A stretch of DNA of 64,000 nucleotides from a virus (lineage: Duplodnaviria; Heunggongvirae; Uroviricota; Caudoviricetes): positions 3,760 through 67,759 of the IMG/VR virus record IMGVR_UViG_3300017722_002988, one strand, 5' to 3'. The position numbers and the translations under genes were made by a program. Shown one piece after another: positions 26,601 to 34,020 of this stretch (position 1 is its first letter; every line of letters starts with the position of its first letter). The notes under the pieces are model-generated. The model saw nothing but the letters and a program-made list of their open reading frames with translations, had not been told where the DNA came from and did not search any database.

Positions 26601-27828
26601 CGCTGGAGCAGGTGGAACAGGCGGAGCCGGTGGAGCTGGCGGAGATGGCGGAGCCAGTGCTACTTCCAGACAAAGTGCTCCAGCCGCTGGGCCTGACGGT
26701 GGCGGGGCGGGTGGTATTGGCGGCGACCTAAACACTGAAATTGAACTAAACTATCCAGGATTTGGTGAATCAGGATTCCCAGGAGATGCGGGTGGTGCCG
26801 GAAACCCTGGAAGCGCTGGTAACCCTGGTGCCGCTGGTAACGTAGGTGCTTCCGGAAATGCCGGAACTGGTGCTACGCCGGGTAATGCTGGCGGAGCCGC
26901 ACCTAACACATGGCCTAGTTCGTCAGGTGCTTCTGGTACGGCCGGAAACACTGGAGCCTCTGGTAACGCTGGAACTGGTGCTACTCCTGGTGGCACGGGC
27001 GGAGCTGCTCCTGTATCATGGCCTGGCTCTGCTGGTGTTGCTGGTAATGCTGGAACAACTGGCAACTCAGGATCTGCCGGAACTGGTGCTACGCCGGGTA
27101 ATGCTGGTGGAGCCGCACCTAACACATGGCCTAGTTCGTCAGGTGCTGCAGGAACCGCTGGAAACACCGGTGCGGCCGGTAATGCTGGCTTCGGCGCAAC
27201 TCCGGCCAATGCTCCAACGAGCGGCGGAGCTGGATCGCCAGGCACAGCTGGAACCGATGGAAACACAGGTGCTTCTGGTAACGCTGGAACTGGTGCAGGA
27301 AATGGTGGTGATGGTGTTCTAGGTGCTGCTAACTGGACAGACAAAACAGGCGCAGCTGGAACTGCTGGAAACGCAGGTGCAGCCGGTAACGCTGGAACTG
27401 GTGCAGGATCAGGTGGGGCTGGCGGAGCTGCATCTAACACGTGGCCTGGTTCTGCGGGTGCGGCAGGCAATGCTGGAAACGTCGGAGCCTCTGGTTCTGC
27501 TGGTACTGGCGCAACTGCCGGCAATCCTGGCGGAGCCGCTCCTGCCGACTGGTCTGGAAAAACCGGAACAGCTGGTAATGCCGGAACTGCTGGTTCTGCC
27601 GGTGCTGCCGGAACTGGAGCTGGCCCAGGCGGAAGTGGCGGTGCTGCTCCTGCTAACTGGGCAGGTAAATCTGGTTCTGCCGGCAACGCTGGAGGAACTG
27701 CGACCACTGCATCGGTCATAAATACAGCTGTCAGCCTGAAGCCTCGCAACCAGTATTCTGTTGCTCTAGGATCTGGTGATACTTCCACAAACTCATCGTC
27801 ATTGACCGTTTCTTGGGTCCGCCATTAA
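23641..27828 (+). CDS. Giant glycine-rich Gly-X-Y repeat protein (collagen-like/polyglycine-II type), probably virion-associated
   Basis: 1395 aa; alternating blocks of 33-aa pure GXY repeats and 36-aa Trp-containing repeats; short non-repetitive N-, mid- and C-terminal beta segments. Confidence 0.85.
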   Translation: MPIGASHRFIQKKSIVEAGSSSFNASGTFTPKFGVIKATVAGRAGSGYPGTSGAAGNPGNAGSAGNPGNPGNNGLGGPAGIAGTAGAAGNPGNAGTSGNPGNTGTNGAAGPGGAAGTGGSAGNAGTAGGSGNPGNPGTAGNAGPGGAAGTAGNAGGTGNRGTGGNPGNPGTNGAAGPGGAGGTAGSAGNVGGSGNPGNPGNPGNNGLAGPGGAGGNAGAAGNAGNVGASGNPGNPGNNGLAGPGGAGGNAGAAGNAGAVGNAGNPGNPGSNGVGGPGGVGGNPGAAGNAGNVGASGNPGNPGTNGSAGTGGAGGPAGASGNPGNPGQQGGPGGGGGGGGAFDETLTYSGTPGAAGQGGFKTGAATGGSGGPGGNATPSSANVGTPGSPGSAGASGNPGNPGAAGNAGSPGNPGTSGVAGNAGSTGATGNAGTGATAGGPGGAAPNTWPGSAGAAGTAGNAGTTGNAGTGATPGGAGGNAPANWTGKSGAVGTAGNTGAAGNAGIGATSGGTGSAAPANWTGKTGSPGNAGTAGNVGTSGTGATSGNPGSASPASWPDSAGVAGNPGTGGAAGNAGNPGGSGGAGGAAPNTWPGSAGAAGTAGNVGASGSAGTGATAGNPGGAAPANWPGSAGAAGNPGNAGSSGNAGTGATPGGPGGAAPASWSGSAGAAGAAGNTGAAGNAGTPGAAGSAGAPGGSTLFSLGETTILVFTGTAGGAAGNGGSGGTAGPGGAAGNAGAAGNPGSQGTSGNAGNPGSNGVGGPGGVAGTGGSAGNPGSQGFSGNPGNAGTNGAAGPGGAAGTAGAAGNPGNAGSAGNPGNPGTAGVGGPAGNVGAAGAAGNPGNRGFSGNAGNPGTNGPGGAAGSAGGAGAAGNPGNAGSSGNPGNPGNNGLAGPGGAAGTAGAAGNAGTAGGAGNPGNPGSNGAGGPGGVAGNAGGAGNAGNVGSAGNAGNTGTNGLAGPGGAAGTAGSAGNAGNPGSSGNAGTGGNAGAGGTGGAGGAGGDGGASATSRQSAPAAGPDGGGAGGIGGDLNTEIELNYPGFGESGFPGDAGGAGNPGSAGNPGAAGNVGASGNAGTGATPGNAGGAAPNTWPSSSGASGTAGNTGASGNAGTGATPGGTGGAAPVSWPGSAGVAGNAGTTGNSGSAGTGATPGNAGGAAPNTWPSSSGAAGTAGNTGAAGNAGFGATPANAPTSGGAGSPGTAGTDGNTGASGNAGTGAGNGGDGVLGAANWTDKTGAAGTAGNAGAAGNAGTGAGSGGAGGAASNTWPGSAGAAGNAGNVGASGSAGTGATAGNPGGAAPADWSGKTGTAGNAGTAGSAGAAGTGAGPGGSGGAAPANWAGKSGSAGNAGGTATTASVINTAVSLKPRNQYSVALGSGDTSTNSSSLTVSWVRH
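24232..24389 (+). repeat. 99-nt-period tandem repeat within the Gly-rich gene
   Basis: aaccctggaaacccaggcaataacggccttgctggacctggcggcgcaggtggaaacgc at 24232 and 24331. Confidence 0.85.
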
Positions 27829-27840
27829 CTGGAATTTATT

Positions 27841-28449
27841 ATGTCTATATACAACTTTGCGCCTATGCCAACAACAGAGATTTCTGATGTTGATTTCGTT
27901 ACGTGGCAGAATGCCTTTACACCTGAAGAACTTGATACTTTAGACTCATACGCAACCACTATGTTGCCTGTTGACAAAGCTATCATTTCAGGGATGTCTA
28001 AGGAAGAAGAGTATGAAGCCATTCGTAAATCAAAAACAGGGTGGTTGGCTCTAACCCCTGAGACGACGTGGGTATATGATCGTCTGGCGTATGTTGCTAG
28101 GCTAGCAAATGCACAGTATTGGAGATTTGATCTCGGTGGATTCGTTGAAGATTTCCAGTACACGGTTTATGATGAACCAGATGATCACTACTCGTGGCAC
28201 ATGGACACGGTCAAACAGGCCGCCGGGAAAACTCCCCGTAAACTGAGTATGGTTCTTCAGCTTTCGGATCCGGCGGATTATTCCGGCGGAGATCTACAAA
28301 TCAAAGGCGGGCCTACTGACACAACCGTTCGGCGTGAACGCGGCCTCATCACACTCTTCCCAAGCTACATGCTTCACCGCGTAACACCACTTGAATCTGG
28401 TGTGCGGAAATCACTAGTGGTCTGGATTAGCGGACCCCCATTCAAATAG
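27841..28449 (+). CDS. 2OG-Fe(II) oxygenase (PKHD/prolyl-hydroxylase-like)
   Basis: HxD ('YSWHMD'), 'RKLSMVLQLSDPADYSGGDL', distal His 'LHRVTP' and 2OG-binding 'RKSLVVW'. Confidence 0.9.
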   Translation: MSIYNFAPMPTTEISDVDFVTWQNAFTPEELDTLDSYATTMLPVDKAIISGMSKEEEYEAIRKSKTGWLALTPETTWVYDRLAYVARLANAQYWRFDLGGFVEDFQYTVYDEPDDHYSWHMDTVKQAAGKTPRKLSMVLQLSDPADYSGGDLQIKGGPTDTTVRRERGLITLFPSYMLHRVTPLESGVRKSLVVWISGPPFK

Positions 28450-28459
28450 GAGAAATCAC

Positions 28460-28765
28460 ATGAAGGTAACTAACGTTGCACTATACGGTGGGCTTGATGA
28501 CACCGTGGCAGAAACTGCTGCTATCAAATCGTATCTAGACTCCCTCAATATCGAATACGCAAACCTCTTCTACAGTGATTCTTCACAGTTCGAGGCAGTC
28601 CTGAAACCAGTTAACACCTGGTTTGATGACAAGGAAATCACCAAGTTTCCATTTGTAATCTGGGACGTTACAGATACGACAGGCGCAACTACTCGCAAAG
28701 TTGCGATGAGCCTCAAGGAGGTCAAGGCCTCAAATTTAATGCCGACGAGCGGATCCACAAACTAA
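28460..28765 (+). CDS. Glutaredoxin/thioredoxin-fold-like protein lacking CxxC
   Basis: RBS AGGAG; beta-helix-beta pattern and 'TKFPFV' cis-Pro-like motif; contains no Cys. Fold call is by eye only. Confidence 0.45.
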   Translation: MKVTNVALYGGLDDTVAETAAIKSYLDSLNIEYANLFYSDSSQFEAVLKPVNTWFDDKEITKFPFVIWDVTDTTGATTRKVAMSLKEVKASNLMPTSGSTN

Positions 28766-28770
28766 ACGTG

Positions 28771-28938
28771 ATGGAGGCATTCGATAGCCTCCCGCCGGAT
28801 CTTAGATTGTTCATCCGCGAACTTGATTTCAACATCCTTGATGACCATATTCTCGGTGGCGAGAATGAGATGAGACGCGTGAAGAAACTTCTTGACGCTG
28901 GAGTGAAACCACAATTTTATGCAACAGGACTAAACTAA
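28771..28938 (+). CDS. Small hypothetical protein (55 aa; start uncertain; not in ORF track)
   Basis: Manual translation MEAFDSLPPDLRLFIRELDFNILDDHILGGENEMRRVKKLLDAGVKPQFYATGLN; TAATG coupling to the next gene. Confidence 0.6.
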   Translation: MEAFDSLPPDLRLFIRELDFNILDDHILGGENEMRRVKKLLDAGVKPQFYATGLN

Positions 28939-29651
28939 TGAACCTCGTATCGGCATTGAAGACGCCAGAGATTGAATTCCTATGTGACGCAGATGACTGG
29001 GACGTTATTCCTAAGCCATATCCGGCAAAGAAACTAGTTCCAGATTGGTTCAAAGCCCTGCCTATGAAACTGCACGACGGACTAGAAGCTTCCACTATCA
29101 AGAGGTGCAACCCATTCCTAGACGCCATGTCTATGGGTTACATCATCCCGCTTGCCGCTGATGTTGAGTTCACGGTTAACGAAGATTGCTCAGGTGTGGA
29201 ATACAAATGGAGTTTCTATAAGTCCATGATCGAGAATCACGGCAAGAACCAAATCACGACGGACAAAGCTCCTAATCCGCTGATGCCGAAGCCGCCGATC
29301 AAGTTCATGAACTACTGGATCATCAAGCTTCCTAAGGGCTACTCTGCGATGTTTATCCCACCGCTCAACAGGCCGGATCCACGGTTTCAATGCTTAGCTG
29401 GCGTAGTCGATTGCGACGGCTATTTCGAATACGTTAACTTTCCGTTCACATTCAATCAGCCTAACTTCCATGGGATCCTGCCGGCCGGTACTCCGCTAGT
29501 TCAAGTTATTCCCTTCAAGCGTTCGGATCTGGATCTGAAAACAGTCACAAGGCAGATGAAGAAGCCGGATTTGGATTTGCTATCTCTTACTCGTCGTAAG
29601 AGAATGTCCCACGAGAGTCACTACCGGGATAATGTCTGGACCAAGAAGTAA
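28938..29651 (+). CDS. DUF6065-like protein (beta-clip/dUTPase-like fold suspected)
   Basis: 'TIKRCNPFLDAMSMGYIIPL', 'KFMNYWIIKLPKGYS.MF..P.N', 'GVVDCDGY', 'GTPLVQVIPFKR' pattern seen in phage proteins that often neighbour 2OG oxygenases. Confidence 0.55.
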   Translation: MNLVSALKTPEIEFLCDADDWDVIPKPYPAKKLVPDWFKALPMKLHDGLEASTIKRCNPFLDAMSMGYIIPLAADVEFTVNEDCSGVEYKWSFYKSMIENHGKNQITTDKAPNPLMPKPPIKFMNYWIIKLPKGYSAMFIPPLNRPDPRFQCLAGVVDCDGYFEYVNFPFTFNQPNFHGILPAGTPLVQVIPFKRSDLDLKTVTRQMKKPDLDLLSLTRRKRMSHESHYRDNVWTKK

Positions 29652-29658
29652 ATAAATA
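29651..29658 (+). promoter_or_regulatory. T4-like late promoter variant AATAAATA
   Basis: Intergenic, 24 nt upstream of gp13. Confidence 0.65.
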
Positions 29659-29681
29659 GGGGGTAACCCCAGGAGAAGTCA

Positions 29682-30428
29682 ATGGCAGTGCCAACAACTA
29701 GAGCCGAATTCAAGGAATATTGCCTGCGTGCCCTAGGTAAGCCAGTCATCGACATCAACGTGGCTGATACTCAGGTAGAAGATCGTATCGACGAAGCCCT
29801 AAGCTATTACGCAGACTATCACTTTGATGCGTCTGCTGTTGTTTACTACAAGCACCTGATCACGACGCAGAACATTACCGACAAATACATCACGCTCCCA
29901 GAGAATATCTTGGGAGCTGTTCGCATATTCCAACTGGGCGGTTGGGGCATGACGTCTACTAATGATATTTTCAACATCAACTATCAGATTGCTCTAAACG
30001 ATCTGTACACGCTGTCTAGCTCTTCTATGATTCCGTACTACATGCTTCGCGAGAAGCTGGGTCTCATGCAGGAGATGCTAGTTGGGCAGCAACTCATCCG
30101 CTACGAGCGTCACCGCAATCGCCTACACGTCGATATGAACTGGGACAAGGTTAAGGCTGGCCAGTATCTTGTGGTCGAGGCGTACGAGGTCGTGGATCCA
30201 ACTGTGTTTGCTGATGTCTGGAAGGATCGCTGGCTCTACCGCTATACGACGGCTTTGATCAAGAAGCAATGGGGTCTTAACCTCACCAAGTTCGTTGGTG
30301 TTCAAATGCCCGGTGGTGTTCAGTTCAATGGTCAACAAATTCTCCAGGATGCTCAGGATGAGATCCGAAAGATGGAAGAAGAAATGATCACCACATATTC
30401 GCTTCCACCATCTGATATGGTTGGCTAA
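29682..30428 (+). CDS. gp13: Neck protein gp13
   Basis: 'PTTRAEFKEYCLRALGKPVIDINVA..QVEDRIDEAL', 'WLYRYTTALIKKQWG.NL.KF.G.QMPGGV'. Confidence 0.92.
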   Translation: MAVPTTRAEFKEYCLRALGKPVIDINVADTQVEDRIDEALSYYADYHFDASAVVYYKHLITTQNITDKYITLPENILGAVRIFQLGGWGMTSTNDIFNINYQIALNDLYTLSSSSMIPYYMLREKLGLMQEMLVGQQLIRYERHRNRLHVDMNWDKVKAGQYLVVEAYEVVDPTVFADVWKDRWLYRYTTALIKKQWGLNLTKFVGVQMPGGVQFNGQQILQDAQDEIRKMEEEMITTYSLPPSDMVG

Positions 30429-30437
30429 GGACACGCG

Positions 30438-31166
30438 GTGACCACAAACCAATATTTCAATAATTACGCGTCAGCAAATGAACAGCTTCTCCTCGAAGAT
30501 CTGATCATCGAGTCTATCCGTATGCACGGGCTAGACGTTTACTATCTGCCGAAAAAGACTGGTGGATTTGATGAGATTTACGGCGAGGATCCACTTGTGT
30601 CGTATGACACAGCCATCCCAATCGAAATGTATGTCAAGAACGTAGATTCATTTGGGGGCGATGGTTCCTTCATGTCCAAGTTCAACATCGAGATCCGCGA
30701 CCAGATGACGCTTACTGTTGCTAGGCGCATTTTCATGAGTACCGTTGGAACGCCAGAAGGTATCCTACGACCGAATGAAGGTGATCTTGTTTGGTTCCCA
30801 CTGAACCATAAAATGTTCAAGCTTCAATATTCTGACGAAAAGGCGATGTTCTACCAGCTAGGAGCGTTACAAACGTGGGACCTCACGATGGAGATGTTTG
30901 AATACTCCAATGAGAAGTTCACGACTGGTATCGCTGATATTGACGACATTGAGACACGCCATAGCGTAGCACTCACATCATTTGCTATTCTCACCGATGC
31001 TGGTCTTCCTATTACCGATGACAGCGGATTCTACATTATCAACTCTGAATACGAAGACACAGTCGAGGATGAGCTTGATCCATTCTTCGATAACACTGAG
31101 ATTCAAGCTGAAGCCGATGCACTGCTTGATTTCACAGAGGCTAACCCATTCGGTGAGGACTACTAA
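30438..31166 (+). CDS. gp14: Neck protein gp14 (GTG start)
   Basis: 'EQLLLEDLIIESIRMHGLDVYYLP', 'RPNEGDLVWFPL', 'FYQLG', ending 'FTEANPFGE'. Confidence 0.92.
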   Translation: MTTNQYFNNYASANEQLLLEDLIIESIRMHGLDVYYLPKKTGGFDEIYGEDPLVSYDTAIPIEMYVKNVDSFGGDGSFMSKFNIEIRDQMTLTVARRIFMSTVGTPEGILRPNEGDLVWFPLNHKMFKLQYSDEKAMFYQLGALQTWDLTMEMFEYSNEKFTTGIADIDDIETRHSVALTSFAILTDAGLPITDDSGFYIINSEYEDTVEDELDPFFDNTEIQAEADALLDFTEANPFGEDY

Positions 31167-31876
31167 TGCTAGGCAACCAAACGTTTGATCATGACATGAT
31201 CAGGAAGTATGTCGTTGCTTTCGGCACACTCTTCAACGAAATTTATGTCAATACCAAAGATGGTTCTGAGGTAACCAAGACTATCAAGGTTCCACTGACT
31301 TACGCAGCAAAAGACAAGCTGATGGCTAGGGTCCTAGGCGATCCTACTATTGACAATAAAGTGGCGACGACTCTGCCATACATGTCATTTGAAATGACAA
31401 ATCTCGCGTATGACGGATCTAGAAAATTCTCTAAGATCATGAAGGTCGGAAGATCCGGCCCAGACTCCGGCGTATCTGCTTTCAACCCAGTTCCGTATAA
31501 CTTAAACTTTTCGTTATACATAGCTGTGAAGAATACTGAAGACGGCACTAAGATCGTCGAGCAGATTCTCCCAAACTTTACTCCAGAATGGAACGTCACG
31601 GCCAATCTCGTTCCAGGTCTCGACGCAAAAGTTGATATCCCAATCATCTTGGACAATGTGTCCAAGGAAGATTCCTACGAGGGTGATTATAAAACTCGGC
31701 GTGCCATTATCTGGACACTGAACTTTACAGTCAAGGGGTATATTTTCGGTCCGCTGACCGACCGCAAGCGCATTGAGACGGCCATCATTGACATCTTCGA
31801 CGACAACAAGGTTCCGGCAGCACTAGCTGCCACGATAACCACTACAGTTGATGGTGTAGACATAGAAGAGTTCTAA
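31166..31876 (+). CDS. gp15: Tail sheath stabiliser/terminator gp15
   Basis: 'IRKYVVAFGTLFN', 'KVPLTYA', 'LPYMSFEM', 'IVEQILPNFTP'. Confidence 0.92.
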   Translation: MLGNQTFDHDMIRKYVVAFGTLFNEIYVNTKDGSEVTKTIKVPLTYAAKDKLMARVLGDPTIDNKVATTLPYMSFEMTNLAYDGSRKFSKIMKVGRSGPDSGVSAFNPVPYNLNFSLYIAVKNTEDGTKIVEQILPNFTPEWNVTANLVPGLDAKVDIPIILDNVSKEDSYEGDYKTRRAIIWTLNFTVKGYIFGPLTDRKRIETAIIDIFDDNKVPAALAATITTTVDGVDIEEF

Positions 31877-32355
31877 TGCCTGAAGACGATATTTCGAAAT
31901 TTCTCGGTATGAAATCAATCGATGAAGTCATTGCGAATAAGCAAGAGATCATCGAGTATAAAGAGCAGCTCCCTGCTAACAACTACAAAGTCGATCCCCG
32001 TAAGGATGAAGATTTTGAGAGTGCTCGGGATATGGTCAAAGACGTTCTCAACATTGGCACGACAGCCCTTGAAGAAATGGCTGCGATTGCACAGCAATCC
32101 CAAAGCCCAGCCGCTTATGAGAGGCTAGGTGCACTCATGAACTCCATGACAGCAGCGTCCAAAGTCCTTCTAGAAATCCACAAAAAGAAGAAGGAGATCG
32201 ACAAAGCCGAGATCGATACTCCTGCTATTGCTGACGGAGCTGGAGAACAAACCGTTGTCCACAACAACCTCTTCGTTGGATCTACTCGTGACCTTCAAAA
32301 CCTAATCGAAGACATGAGGAAGAAGAACGAAGAGAAGGAAGATGGCGATGAGTAA
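31876..32355 (+). CDS. gp16: Terminase small subunit gp16
   Basis: 'DFESAR', 'AQQSQSPAAYE', 'HNNLFVGSTRDLQ'; lies before the large terminase. Confidence 0.9.
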   Translation: MPEDDISKFLGMKSIDEVIANKQEIIEYKEQLPANNYKVDPRKDEDFESARDMVKDVLNIGTTALEEMAAIAQQSQSPAAYERLGALMNSMTAASKVLLEIHKKKKEIDKAEIDTPAIADGAGEQTVVHNNLFVGSTRDLQNLIEDMRKKNEEKEDGDE

Positions 32356-33973
32356 TCTCGACACGGTCGGGATTGACAACATGAAGTCCTATAACGGCAA
32401 CCCGCTGCTGAAGCGAGCTGGCGTTAAGGTCAACTGGACGCCTGAACTTATGGGCGAGTGGCTCCGGTGTGCTGAAGATCCCCATTATTTCATCGAAACC
32501 TACATGAAGATCATCAACGTCGATGATGGTCTGGTCAAATTCAAGCTGCATGACTATCAGGTCGACATGCTTGACGCCATGGTTAACAGCCGATTCACGT
32601 GTCTGGCCACGGCCCGCCAGGTTGGTAAGTCTACGGTTACCGCTGGATTCATCACGTGGTTCATCCTCTTCAACAAGGAAAAGACCGTTGGTCTCCTGGC
32701 TAACAAAGAAGCCACCGCTGTTGAAATCTTGGGTAAGGTTCAGCTCGCTTACCAACACCTTCCGGCCTGGCTTCAACAGGGAGTCAAGGAGTGGAACAAG
32801 GGCTCCTTCGTTCTTGAAAACGATTCCCGCGTCATCGCTGCTGCTACATCCTCCGACGCTATTCGTGGTTATTCGTTGTCCATGCTCTTTATCGATGAAG
32901 CAGCGTTCATCGATAACTGGGATACGTTCTTCGCGTCTGTTTTCCCTACCATCTCCTCCGGTAAGAAAACAAAGATCGTTCTCGTTTCAACACCAAATGG
33001 TTTGAACCACTTTTACAACATTGTCGACGGGGCCAGGAAAAAGAAAAACGAATATTCGCTCGTCGAGGTGAAATGGAATCAGGTACCTGGTCGAGACGAG
33101 GACTGGAAGGCCGCTGTTCTCCAAGGCATGGGTCACGACTTAGTAAAGTTTGCTCAGGAATACGAAGTAGAATTTGCTGGTTCATCCGGTACACTTATTT
33201 CTGGATCTAAGCTTAAGGAACTGGTTGCCCAAACTCCTTTGATGGAAGCAGACAACGTCACACAGTACAAGAAGCCACGGCCTGAGCATGCGTATTGTCT
33301 GATTGCTGACGTTTCGCGTGGTAAAGGCCTTGACTATTCTGCATTTCATATCATCGACATCACTGAGATGCCGTATCAGCAGGTTTTGACTTTCAGGTCC
33401 AACCAGATTGTTCCATACGACTATTCCGAAGTGATTCACCGCCTGGCCAAGATGTATAACGAAGCCGTAATCTTGGTAGAGATCAATGATATCGGTGGCC
33501 AGATTGTTGACGCACTTTACCATGACTTTGAATACGGTGGAGTCCTAGGCACTGAGAATGCTGGTCGATCAGGTAAGAGGATCTCGTCGGGGTTTGGTGG
33601 TAAGACCGAACTAGGAATTAGAACTACAAAGTCCGTTAAAAACGCCGGGTGTTCTCTGATCAAGCTCCTGATCGAACAGAACCAACTTATCGTTCATGAC
33701 AAGGAGACCATCTCCGAGCTAAACACTTTCTCCAAGAAAGGTGTCTCGTATGAGGCTGAACCTGGCAAGAACGATGACCTGGTTATGGGTCTGGTTCTGT
33801 TTGGTTGGCTATCAGGTCAGGACTATTTCAAAGAGTTAACCGATATCAATACGATGATCAATCTTCGCGAGAAATCAGAAGAAGATATCGAGTCTGCTAT
33901 GCTTCCATTTGGCTTCTACAGTAATGGTATCGACGATGAAGAGGAGGATGGGTCATCCATCCACAGTTTCTAG
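32342..33973 (+). CDS. gp17: Terminase large subunit gp17
   Basis: 'YNGNPLLK', Walker A 'ARQVGKST', Walker B 'LFIDEAAF', 'STPNG', nuclease 'ADVSRG', 'NDDLVM'. Confidence 0.97.
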   Translation: MAMSNLDTVGIDNMKSYNGNPLLKRAGVKVNWTPELMGEWLRCAEDPHYFIETYMKIINVDDGLVKFKLHDYQVDMLDAMVNSRFTCLATARQVGKSTVTAGFITWFILFNKEKTVGLLANKEATAVEILGKVQLAYQHLPAWLQQGVKEWNKGSFVLENDSRVIAAATSSDAIRGYSLSMLFIDEAAFIDNWDTFFASVFPTISSGKKTKIVLVSTPNGLNHFYNIVDGARKKKNEYSLVEVKWNQVPGRDEDWKAAVLQGMGHDLVKFAQEYEVEFAGSSGTLISGSKLKELVAQTPLMEADNVTQYKKPRPEHAYCLIADVSRGKGLDYSAFHIIDITEMPYQQVLTFRSNQIVPYDYSEVIHRLAKMYNEAVILVEINDIGGQIVDALYHDFEYGGVLGTENAGRSGKRISSGFGGKTELGIRTTKSVKNAGCSLIKLLIEQNQLIVHDKETISELNTFSKKGVSYEAEPGKNDDLVMGLVLFGWLSGQDYFKELTDINTMINLREKSEEDIESAMLPFGFYSNGIDDEEEDGSSIHSF

Positions 33974-33976
33974 TTT

Positions 33977-33984
33977 TATAAATA
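33977..33984 (+). promoter_or_regulatory. T4 late promoter TATAAATA
   Basis: Exact consensus, upstream of gp18. Confidence 0.85.
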
Positions 33985-34020
33985 CACTAGGACAATTTAG
34001 ACCTCTAGAGGAGATACAAC

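Noticed and set aside
23625-27788. Long Pro/Ala-rich minus-strand ORFs (301, 676, 345 aa) and alternative plus-frame ORFs over the Gly-rich gene
   Set aside because: Shadows of GGN-rich codon repeats (antisense CCN = Pro); no RBS or independent features.
23641-27828. Possible CRISPR-like or non-coding repeat array
   Set aside because: Repeats are degenerate at third codon positions, have periods of 99/108 nt and no unique spacers; they are coding.
32342-33973. Intron or intein in terminase, portal, gp46 or helicases
   Set aside because: Lengths are typical and the motifs contiguous; no splice or intein signatures seen.
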